The position numbers and the translations under genes are program-made. From NCBI GenBank assembly GCA_951406725.2, contig OX597822.1:92752001-92816000 (forward strand): DNA of 64,000 nt, written 5' to 3'. The DNA is from Octopus vulgaris (Eukaryota). Shown in pieces: positions 36,208-48,085 of the stretch (the stretch's first letter is position 1; each line of letters starts with the position of its first letter). Under the pieces are notes generated by a model that made no database searches, had not been told where the DNA came from, and was given only the letters and a program-made list of their open reading frames with translations.

Positions 36208-36985
36208 GAGACGAAGAGTGCGATTTGATTGCAATAGATATTTTATTGGTTGAACGCTATTTCAACAGTAAGTCTGTCTTTTTTAAGTTCAAAATAAGAA
36301 GTGATGAAAATTCAGAATTATAGAAATTTAAATGTAAAGTATGAACGAGAGCAATAAGAGTCCACATGTTGATGGAATGACATCACCAGTCTTTAAGTTT
36401 CAATTTTATAACAGGTGAAAAGAAAAAGACAGAAAAAAAAGAAAGAAAAAAGAAAAAAAGAATATTTAATCAAACAGTTTTGTATAAATTTGATGATATT
36501 CTCCTGTCATTTTATTCATTCCTCCAGAGTGTGATGTTAATAACCCACAAACATATTTCTCCTCATACATTCCGAGAAGTGAAAATGAAGCACATTCAGA
36601 ATATTTTCTGAGAATATGCACTTTCAAGTGTTCTTCAAAATTGCAGCCACTTGAAACGAAATGTTCAGCAAGTTCTGTCGAACTACTGTTATTGTGGCTG
36701 ACGTCGAATCTGTGCCCATTAAACCTTTTGTTTAATTGTTCTGTTGTACAACCAACATAAATCAAGTTGTGTTTCATGCATTCTGCAGTGTACACCAAAT
36801 GGGAATCTTTATATGTTCCACCTTCTGTATAAATCATAACATTTCTGTTATGATTTCTGATAGAATTCACTTGACTCATGTTGTTGCACAATTAATAGGG
36901 CTTACCTCTCTTGTTGCTGTTTTTCATGGTACAGCGTGCAGAAACTCCAATGTTCATTTTTTTGGAGTCAAAAATAGAGTTAAAA
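36207..36985 (-). mobile_element. Penelope-like element 3' remnant with GIY-YIG endonuclease (ORF 36466-36891)
   Basis: LVYTAECMKHNLIYVGCTTEQLNKRFNGH...LAEHF...YEEKYVCGLLTSHSGGMN matches the Penelope GIY-YIG pattern (GIY, YIG, Arg, His, Glu, terminal Asn). Flanked by (AAT)n on both sides. Confidence 0.82.
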
Positions 36986-36991
36986 TATAAT

Positions 36992-37022
<31 letters not shown>

Positions 37023-38595
37023 CCTTTCTACTAAAGGCACAAGGCCTGAAATTTTGGTGGAGGGGACTAGTCGATTACATCAACCCAGTGTTTCACTAGT
37101 ACTTAATTTATCGAACCCCAGAAGGATAAAAAGCAAAATCGACCATGCTGAAGTTTGAACTCAGAACATGAAAATGGGTGAAATGCCACTAAGTATTTTA
37201 CCCTGTGTGCTAACGATTCGGCCAGCGTGCTGCCTTATATAACAATAATAATAATAATGATAGCAATGACCAGCATCCTTATGTGCACAAGGCCTGGAAT
37301 TTTAGGGAGTGGGCTAGTTGATTAAATTGATCCAAGTGTTCATCTGATCCTTATTTCATCATTCCCTGAAAGGATGAAAGGCAGTGGATCTTGGCAGAAT
37401 CCAGGCCAGTATGTACAAGCACCCAATGAGAAATGACTTGGATCGAAATGAACTACCCCAGCCCATTCCAGCAACGAAAGTAAGCACGAAGATGATGATG
37501 ATGTGAATTGCCTCATTGTCTCCCTTCAGAAGCATGTTTTCTTAGTCTGTGAAATAACAGTGACATTATGTGGACTGATGGAGTTATCCTCTCCTAGTTA
37601 CTTCCCTTGGCAAACTATCGCCTTAGTTGTTTGTGAATTACATCTTCCTCAAACTATAACAGTTACGTATCAGCGACTCATTTTTGTGTCGGTTACACGT
37701 GGCTTTGGTTCGCTAATGAAATGATTATGACATGGCACCAATTTGAATTTTAAATTTTATCGAATCTCCAAAGCAGACATTGGTGCTCAGCACAGTTCTC
37801 TGTCTCCTTAGTTCCTGCCAATTGTCCAACCTATGGCAGCATGGAAGACTTGACATTAAACGATGATGATGTCAATAGATATTTAATAATATTGTGCTTG
37901 AAAGTAAAGATTACTGAATGCATAAAACAGATTCAATATAATTTTATTTATCAAGTTCCACACATGCACAGAGCTGGCACCATGTTGTTCCATTTGTATA
38001 TACCAGTGATTCTCAACCAGGGTCTATAAATCCCTTGGGAATCTATATAAGATTATTGATGTTATAATGTGATAATTTCCTTATTATAATCTCACCATTA
38101 CTATTTTGCTACTTGTCACTCTCTGGCTGCACTCGGTCACTCCCATCCTTTCTTCTAAAAGGTGAGTAGTCATGGAGCTCTTTACAGTGAGAAACCTGTT
38201 CTGCTCTGGCCCTTTCTCTCAGGTTTTTGCCCCTCATTTCGACAGGATTTAAAAAGTCTCTGTGTAAAGGGAGGTAATTGGACATTGCAAAGGATTAGAC
38301 CAGCAGTTTACTACTTTTGTCACCCATTGCACCCATGCTGTCCATGCCACATCCTCCAACAACCCCCCAGATACTTCTAAATAAAAAGAATAAGAAAAAC
38401 TTATAATTTCCCAAGTGCAGAAGTATAAATTTCAGAGTCAAGACAACCCTCCAGTTATTGACAGTTAATCAGCAGAGATGGCCACCTTTTGAAGGTCCAT
38501 GCAAAATTGTGATCCTTTTACTATGATGCATGCTTGTGTGTGCACACACACACACACACACACACTGTGTGGTCTACCCCAACTTGGTCTTAGTT

Positions 38596-39095
38596 GACAC
38601 CTCAGAGTTGGATTACTCATCTATTTATGGGGTAGGTACTACTGCAAGGTGCCTCTTGTCAACAAACTCAGTACTGGTGCCCTGGGGTGGCTGGCTCCGA
38701 TTGTCCAGCTGTTGGTGGGTGCCACAGGATGGTTCTGTCTAATTAGTTTCAGGAAGGTATTACTGGGCAGCTCTAATTGTCTAGCTGTGACCACAGGTGG
38801 TCCTCTTCATCTAGGTGTAGGTATGTGCTACAGGCTGATCCAGTCTGTCTTGTTCTGGGTAGGTACCACAAGGTAACTCTATTTATGGCTCTAGATTTGT
38901 ATCAGTGGGTGGATCTCTTAGCTGTCAATAGATACCAAAGGGTGGACATATCAAATTAGTTTTTGCTATGTACCACAGGAAAGCTTAGTTTAAAAAGCTC
39001 AAGGGGCGTACTCCAATTGTGACCCAGTTCATCTAATCTTAATTAGGCACAAAAAAGTTGTCAGTTCATCTGATTTTAGAGAGGTACCACAAGGT
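38596..39095. repeat. Highly diverged ~38-bp-period array with recurring GTACCACAGG-like motif
   Basis: Motif variants at ~38719, 38757, 38788, 38825, 38863, 38899, 38932, 38970, 39008, 39046, 39084. Confidence 0.55.
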
Positions 39096-41603
39096 AAACT
39101 TAGTCAATGTTGTAACATTGAGTGTTTGATTCACATGTACTGAGTATAATTCTTCTCATGAGAAAAAGTTGCCGTGTGATATGTAGACTGATAGTTGGGT
39201 AAAAAAAATCCCCCCAAAACAGACACTCCCATCAGTTACGATGACGAGGGTTCCAGTTGATCACTGGAACAGTCTGCTTGTGAACATGAAAGTGACTCTT
39301 CACTCCACAGATGTGCATACCTTTAACGTATTTCTCAAGGAGTTTCAGTATGATACAGAATGTGACAAAGCTGGCTCTTTGAATTACTGGTAGAATTTAT
39401 TTTTGCCAGCTGAAAAACAAGGTCATGCTCAAGGACACAATTCGCTGGCAGGAATTGAACTCACAACCTTATGATTGTGAGCCAAATGCTCCCAAACCAC
39501 TAAGTTACTTGATTCACTGATAGTTGGGTAGAAACTTGGAGATGGCTAATTAAGACTGGAGATCAGCACCAACCAAAGAGTCTGCAAGAATATGTGAAGG
39601 GCGAGTAAGATAACTTTGAGGAACAAATTGGAGCAATGCCGTTCTAGACATTGCGATGTCATATAGAATGTCTCTATCCTAATCTAATTGTCTTGTTTTG
39701 AATGCTCTGTATTTAAGGAGGGATTAAGGGCCCGAGGAGATTTAGCATAATCCCTTGATGTATGTGTTTTCTATGTTGCTGTTGTTGGTTAACCCATCTC
39801 TGCTCTGATTCATCTTCCCATCTTTTCATAGTTTATCATCATCATCATTGTTTAATGTCTGTTTTCCATGCTAGCATGGGTTGGACAGTTCAGCTGGAGC
39901 CTGGGAAGCCAAGAGGCTGTACCAGGCTCCAGTCTGATCTGGCAGTGTTTCTACAGCTGGATGCCTTTCCTAACGCCAACCACTCCGAGAGTGTAGTGGG
40001 TGCTTTTTTACATGCCACCGGCACAGGGGGCTGGCATCGACCACGATTGGACGGTGCTTTTTATGTGTCACTGGCACGGGAGCCAGTTAAGGCAGCGCTG
40101 GCCTCTAATATGTCCTTCTGTAATTTACACTGTGATTTGGTTGCTATTACAAGCAAGTCAAGTCACCACATAGAGGCTATGTTCTTGTTTGATCTGTTGT
40201 ATGTTATTTTTGTGCTGTAGTTGGGGTTTGACTTAGCCTTACCTTGCAAACCTTTTGTTACCTGGCAGATTGCTTCAGTTATGTTCCCACTATGTTTAGT
40301 TCTTTATCTGCTTACTTGGGAAATTGTCATCCTCTCTGGGGTTGAGCTGAAGGGAAAAAAAGCTAAACAAAATAAAAATAAAATATACATGTAGCCTATA
40401 CCAGTGTTGCTTAACCAACCCATTGAAAAGGTACCTTTGAATCGTTGGGTGGCACACCATGCTTGAGGAGACCTGTTGAGTCAAGTAAAATCAAAATCAC
40501 AATCAAAACTGGAAATTGTAGTTGTGGCCGATGCCAGTGCCACCTGACTGGCTCTCGTGCTGGTGGCACACAGTAAGCACTATTCATGTGTGGGTCATTT
40601 CCAGTGGCGCGTGTCTGGCTCCTTGTGCAGGTAGCACATAAAAAGCACCATCCAAATGTGGCCCTTGCTGCCTGACTGGCTTCCATGCCGGTGGCATGTA
40701 AAAAGCACCCACTACACTCTCGGAGTGGTTGGTATTAGGAAGGGCATCCAGCTTTGAAAATCTTGCCAAATCAGATTGGAGCCTGGTGCAGCCTTCTGGG
40801 TTGCCAGTTCCCAGTCAAACTGTCTAACCCATGCCAGCATGGAAAATGGACGTTAAATGATGATGATGATGATGACATGGAAGATATCGAAGGTATCAAA
40901 GAATACTTACCATAACAATAATGTTAAGTGTCCAAATGTTGAGGTGAAAAATAAATAAAGAAAAATAATTTTATTTCTGTAAATGTTTGTTAAGTCCTAA
41001 GTCATGGAACTGGTGCTTAGCTGCTCTGATCTCTTGAACTTAAATGGAAGAAAGATAAGGGGCAGGTGTGGATGTGTAGTAAGAAGTCTGCTTCTCAATC
41101 ACATGGATGTGGGTTCAGTCTCAAGAACTCCAAAACCATGACTGTATGATCGCAAAACAGGTCACACCTTTACAGGGGGAATAGTATGAGGGACAAAACA
41201 GAACTGATGGTGTGGTCAGTGCTGTGGCTATAATAGAAGAAGACACTTGCCTAAAGTGCCACACAGTGAGACTGAACCTGAACCCATGTGGTTGGAAATC
41301 AAGCTTCTTATCACACAGCCACATCCTGTAATCTTCTCAAAAACTATTCCAAAAATGTGGTCCATTGTTCAATATCTTCTTCAATGTTCTGTTTGCTTAC
41401 ACTCTGCTCTCATGTTTTTCATGTCTGTGCTTGTGTTTTCTCTACCTACAAAAGATAGTGTGACAAATAAAGACACTGTTTAAAATTTCAGTTAGAAAAA
41501 TATATACCTTTAATTAATTTACCTGTGTCTTGTGAAGATTTGCATCCATGTGTGTGCATATAAATTCTTGCATAGATTGGATGAACCCTCTCCAATGTGT
41601 TAT

Positions 41604-42543
41604 CTTGTTTCTTTCCCTTGACATCTTTTTTGTGTGATCCAGCTTCCTTGGATTGGCCTTCCCTACATCTTCCCATGTCTTCCCTGGTCTTCCTCTTGCA
41701 TTGGACCTTTCCACACAAATCTGCTGGTATTTCTTCACCCTCCCATCATCCTCCTTACCCATCACATGTCTCTACCAGAACAGTCATCACACTTGTACAC
41801 CACAGCTGGTTTTTCCTATGCTCAAATTTTTTCTCTCAGCTCATCTCTGCCTTGTTGATGTAAATTCATGTGTCAAACCTAGCAGATCGTGCTCACCTTC
41901 TTCCTTTCCAACTGTTACATGTCTCTCACACAGAGAGAGAGAGGGACTATTTCTCTTTATGTGTACAACAAGACTGAAAGTATTTATGTCAATGATATTC
42001 AACTAATAAATTGTATTCTGTTTCTCTTTCTCTCTCTCTTTCTCTCTCATTGCATATGTATATTTCTGCATGTGTGTGTGGTTGTGTTTGGCTGTCACCA
42101 AAACTGGTTCTATATCCTGTCAACCATTGGCCTAAACAGATGCACTTAACTGTCTCGTCCCAAGATTGTTCAATCATGTGAATAAACTGTAATGCTGCAT
42201 GGCTCTGAGGACCTGGGCACCAAAAGTGGAAGTCATGTAGCAGTTGGAAAGGAAGAAGATGAGCATGATCTGCTGGGTTTGACACATGAATGTACATCAT
42301 CAACAAGGCAGAGATGAACTGAGAGTAAAAACTGAGCATAAGAAGAACCAGCTGTGGTGTGCAAGAGTGATGACTGTTCTGGTAGAGACATGTGATGGGT
42401 AAGGAGGATGATGGGTGGGTGAAGAAATACCAGCAGATTTGTGTGGAAAGGTCCAATGCAAGAGGAAGACCAGGGAAGATGTAGGGAAGGCCAATCCAAG
42501 GAAGCTGGACCACACAAAAAAGATGACAAGGGAAAGAAACAAG
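41604..42543. repeat. ~315-bp inverted duplication of an RTE LINE 3' fragment
   Basis: 41604-41921 is the reverse complement of 42234-42543 with few mismatches; encodes an RGRPGKTWEDV-like RTE tail motif. Confidence 0.88.
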
Positions 42544-43469
42544 TGGTGCCAAAATGGTTGTGCGAAAGCGTCTCATACTGAACAATCTATTCTTTTCTCA
42601 GAAAGAGAGAATCCCTTTGCTGCCAACAGAAGTAATAGCTCCCTAAACTTTCCCCCTCTTTATTCTGACCCCCCTCCATTCTTTCTGTATGCCCTCCCTC
42701 ACTGTTGAATAGGTTGCTGAACTTCCAGAAGCTGTCACCTATTTTTATGGGTCCTTCTCATCATCAGCTGGTTTATTAGGCCTGTCCTTAACCCCAGGCC
42801 TCATATGACCAAAGCTTCAACTGGTTGCCATATCATGTAAGTGACAGAATGCCATGCTGCTCCATTGCAGGTTTGAGTTCTGATGTAATTCCTGGAAGTC
42901 ACATAAAGCTGAATGGACTGGAGCAACAAGCAGCAGAAAATGAAGTGTTTTGCTCAACAACACATCATCTGGTCCAGTAATTGAAACCTTAATCTTAGGG
43001 TTGTGAGTGCAACATCCTAACTACTAAGCCATGTACCTTCTGATTGCAAAGCACTTATTTTGCTGGGTATCTGAGAGCTCCTTCTCTTGTACGACTGCCA
43101 TGGGTGATGTCTTTATTCATGTGTAAAGCAATCACAGGCTCTACTTTCACTTTCTGTCTTCCATATCCACTCTTAAAAGCTTTGTTTGACCTGGCGCTAT
43201 ATAAGAAGGCATTTGTCCAATGTATGGCAGAATTGGATTGAACTTGAAACCTTGTGGTTGCACAGCGAACTTCTTAACATCAAACTATGCTTATGCTTTA
43301 CATAGTGGGCGTGTGTGTGTTATTACCGCTAGCTTGTTGTCAGTTGTGTTTTGCTGACCTGTTGCCATGCGTTACACCTCCAGCCTTATACATTCATTTG
43401 TTTAAGTCTTCCTCTGTGTGTGTGTGTGGAGGACTTAGCCCTCTCCACCTCCCTTTCAACTTGGATAAC

Positions 43470-43870
43470 TGTCTTTGTCTGCCTGCCTGCCTGCCTGTCC
43501 TTTTGGCTCCATTTCTCTCGATTTCTCTCTTCTTCCCCCTCTCTCTCTATCCCACTCCCTCTTTGACTGCCTTTATGTATCTATCTATATATCTACCCAC
43601 CTACCTACCTGTCCGTCTGTCTGTCTATCTACCTGTCTGTCTGTCTATCTGCCTGCCTGCCTTCTGTCTATCTATCTATCTATCTATTTATCTATTATCT
43701 ATCTACCTATCTACCTATCTATCCGTCCGTCCGTCCGTCCGTCTATCTATCTACATGTCCGTCCGTCTGTCTGTTTGTCTATCTAACTGTCTGTCTGTCT
43801 GTCTGTCCATTTATCTATATCTGCTCAGGTACCTCTTTATCTCTGTCTGTTTGTCTGTCTGCCTGTCTTT
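43470..43870. repeat. Pyrimidine-rich tetranucleotide mosaic (CTAT/CTGT/CCGT/CCTG)
   Basis: Directly visible. Confidence 0.9.
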
Positions 43871-43897
43871 CATTAGCTTTTTCATGAAACAAGGGAT

Positions 43898-43941
<44 letters not shown>

Positions 43942-44173
43942 ACATGTAATAGATCAAAGGGGCAGTGGTGTGTGATAGATGTGTGCTGTAGTATTTTCTT
44001 TGTTATTGTCACTATCACTTTCCTACTTAACATCATTTGACGTGCGTATGTGTGTATATATTATGTATGTATGTGTATATATGTATGTATATTCTGCATA
44101 ACTTATCCATTCATATTGTTTTCTAAACTTTACATTTATTGAGCTGGCATCAAAAATACATCATTATGATATT

Positions 44174-44206
<33 letters not shown>

Positions 44207-44381
44207 GTATGTATGTGCATGTAAATATATGTGTGTGTTTGTGTGTATATATATTATAGGAAATCAACTTCACTGTAATTATGTAAGTTAACCAGCTGTG
44301 TCTCGTCTTGTCCAATCCATTCTCTGCACAGTTTCTTTATTATACACCAGTGTGTTTGTAGAAATGTACATATTCAACAGC

Positions 44382-44428
<47 letters not shown>

Positions 44429-44487
44429 CTGTTTGTGTGTATGTTTATATGTATGTGTATATGTATGTATGTATGTGTATGTACTTG

Positions 44488-44541
<54 letters not shown>

Positions 44542-44966
44542 ATGTCTATAATGAAAACAAAAGCCCGAACAGACAGCCAACAAGTATTAAAAGTTAGTTC
44601 CGAAAGTACTTATAATTGTATAACGTATTAAAGAGAAATGCAAACAGACATTGAAGAAATATATATCAGGAACATATAAATAGTAGGAAGTCATGTACAC
44701 AAGCACAAACATACATGCATAAGCGTGTATACACCAGCATTGCATTGACATTGACACAGAAAAGTAAAAGAAAACAAAGAGCCTCTCCCACTTTGCCCAT
44801 CCCTCCTCTCTCGCAACAACAGTAGTTGAGACAGTTTGCTGTTTATTGTAAAGAAGCAGCAGTGGGGTTTTTACTGTCAGGCCAGAGCGGAGCAGAGCCA
44901 GGTAAACCTTTGTATGCATATGTGTCTTGATGTATGTATGTATATGTGTTTGTGCCTGCCTATCTA

Positions 44967-44998
<32 letters not shown>

Positions 44999-45249
44999 TC
45001 TATACACACACACACACATACACACACACATTTATATATACACACACACAAACACAAATGTGATTGTGTAATATATATGTATATGGTGCATATGTGTCAT
45101 CTTTTATCCTTTGTGTTTCACTCGTTAGACTGGCCATACTGGGGCACTGCGTTGATGGATTTTTGTCAAATGAATTGATCCCAGTCTTTTTGCTGGACTG
45201 TTAAGTTGTGGGGATGTAAACAAACTAATACCAGTTATCAAGCAGCAGT

Positions 45250-45283
<34 letters not shown>

Positions 45284-45913
45284 GGGCTTCTTTCAGTTTC
45301 TGTCTGCCAAATCCATTCACAAGGCCTTGGTCGGCCAGAGACTATAGTAGAAGACACTTGCTCAAGGTGCCATGCAGCGAGACTGAACCCTGAACCATGT
45401 AGTTGAGAAGCAGTGTTCTTACCACACAACTATGCCTGCACACACACACGCACATGCACATATGGTTTTTGTGTAACATTCAGGTATATATACACAGTAT
45501 ACGTATCATCATCCATTATTATTATGTCTGTTTTTCTATGATTGCATGGGTTGGATGAGTCATTTCTAAGATAGCATCTTGCCATTTGTTGTACTCATTT
45601 GTCGCTTGTTTTGTGAAATTCAGCACCTCTTCTACCCATGTTTCCCCAGATATTCCGACACTTTGTTTTGCCTCTCTATGATAATGAATAATGAACTTGG
45701 TATATATAGTACTCAGGGGCATTACGACGCCTCAGAAAAAGTAACTGTAAGTGGATGAACAATACGGAGAATAATGCAGAGGAAGTGAATAGAGATTGAG
45801 CCATAAAAAAAAAATCGAAAAAATGGGTAGGGTTGGGAATCAGGTGTACTGTTGTTGAATTTCAGGAAGCATGGAAGTTTTGAAAGATGGAGCACCCTGA
45901 CAACTAACAACTG

Positions 45914-45916
<3 letters not shown>

Positions 45917-45957
<41 letters not shown>

Positions 45958-46041
45958 TTGTATATATATATATGTGTGTGTGTGTATTTGTGTATACATG
46001 TGTGTATATACGTGTGTATATATACGTTTATAGATATATGA

Positions 46042-46079
<38 letters not shown>

Positions 46080-46160
46080 GTGTGTATATATGTGTGTATA
46101 TTTATTTGTGTATATATATGTGTGTATATATTTGTATATATGTGTATATGTATATAAATG

Positions 46161-46195
<35 letters not shown>

Positions 46196-46234
46196 GTATA
46201 TATTATATATGTGTGTGTATATACACACACACAC

Positions 46235-46300
<66 letters not shown>
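45917..46300. repeat. Compound (TG)n/(TA)n/(CA)n microsatellite; similar block at 47755-48110
   Basis: Directly visible. Confidence 0.95.
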
Positions 46301-46305
<5 letters not shown>

Positions 46306-46679
46306 TTTCTAAATCTCTCTAAAGGAGACTATGGCAGTGGTACTGGATATTAATAGTTATCACCAAGCCAACATGGTAGTCCAGGAAAATAGGATGAATG
46401 CTGCCGTTGATTAGCTCTAAGACACCACATATATATATTGTGCCTCCACATCTATCTCGCTCTCTCTCTCTCTCTCTCTGTCTATATATATATATATATA
46501 GATAGATAGATAGAGAGTGTGTCTGTGTATATGTATATATCATCATCAATTATATATTTACAGACAGTGCTTAAGAGCTTCATTGTCCAATGTGCCCTTC
46601 CTTTTGTATAACAGTAGGGTATGATTTGAGGGTGAATTTGCTGCTATTTCTAGCAGGTCAAGTAACTATATATGGTGGT

Positions 46680-47033
46680 GGCACTCTATCGGTTATGACC
46701 ATGAAGGTTCCAGTTGATCTGATCAATGGAACAGCTTGTTTGTGAAATTAACGTGCAAGTGGCTGAGCACTCCACAGACACGTGTACCCTTAACGTAGTT
46801 CTCAGGGCGATTCAGTGTGACAAGGCTGGCCCTTTGAAATACAGGTACAACAGAAACAGGAAGAAAGAGTGAGAGAAAGTTGTGGTGAAAGAGTACAGCA
46901 GAGATCACCTCTCCTCCCACCAGAGCTTTAGATGTTTTCGCTCAATAAACACTCACAACACCCGGTCTGGGAATCAAAACCAAGATCCCACAACCGCAAG
47001 TCTGCTGCCCTAACCACTGGGCCATTGTGCCTC
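46680..47033 (-). mobile_element. tRNA-derived SINE family 4 (related copy ~39222-39505)
   Basis: Minus head tggcccagtggttagggcagc...gattcccagaccgg; body (cactccacaga..cccttaacgtagttctc) shared with ~39300-39380. Confidence 0.65.
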
Positions 47034-47043
47034 CACATCTATC

Positions 47044-47131
<88 letters not shown>

Positions 47132-47313
47132 GATAGAGAGTGTGTCTGTGTACATGTATATATCATCAATTATATATATACACACATGCGACACATGTGT
47201 GTGTGTGTGTGTGTGGATATCAATTAACACAGATGTATATGTTATGTGACAGTGTGTAAGGATTTACATGTACTGTAATAGCATGGGGTGACTTATTGAT
47301 GGATCAGGCTTAA

Positions 47314-47533
47314 CCCTTTAGCATTCAGATTATTCTGTCAAATGTAAAGTTTATGTATTCACACCATGTAAAATTAATCTTGTATCATTTCATGCCTTTG
47401 AGATTTCAATGATGTGATTGTTTATTTTTAAAATGACACAATAAGGTAGCTATGAATGATCATATCTGACTAGTTTGAACATAAAATAGGTAGAATATTT
47501 TGGCCGGATATGGCCGGTTTAAACACTAAAGGG
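47314..47533. mobile_element. TTAA MITE family P1, intact
   Basis: ttaa|ccctttag...ctaaaggg|ttaa with exact TTAA duplication. Confidence 0.8.
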
Positions 47534-47753
47534 TTAAGGATCTAATTACATACGGATAATGATATAGGTGTGTGTGTGTGTGTGTGTGTGCCAAAACAGA
47601 CATAAAGTCCGGGTGGCTCCTGTCAAACCGTCCAACCCATGCTAGCACGGAAAATAGTTGTGAAATGATGATGATGGTGGCGATGATGATAATATATGTG
47701 TGTGTGCATCATACATAAATATACACACACAGGCACCCACATTGCTGGCAATA

Positions 47754-47806
<53 letters not shown>

Positions 47807-47937
47807 CACACACATTGCATAAATTTGATTTTTGGTTTACCTTAGAAGACCTGTCTCTCCCCTCCTTCCCTCCCCTCTATATATATATATATATATATCT
47901 ATGAATGTGTGTGCACATATACAGGCATGCGAATATC

Positions 47938-47981
<44 letters not shown>

Positions 47982-48053
47982 CATACATGTATATATATAT
48001 ATATATATACATACATACATGTATATATATATATATATATACACGCATACATG

Positions 48054-48085
<32 letters not shown>

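Noticed and set aside
38596-39095. CRISPR array interpretation of the periodic motif
   Set aside because: Repeats are ~10 nt and degenerate, the context is a eukaryotic intron, and there are no cas genes.
43287-43949. 220-aa hydrophobic ORF
   Set aside because: Derived from the tetranucleotide mosaic (LSIY/LSVC repeats).
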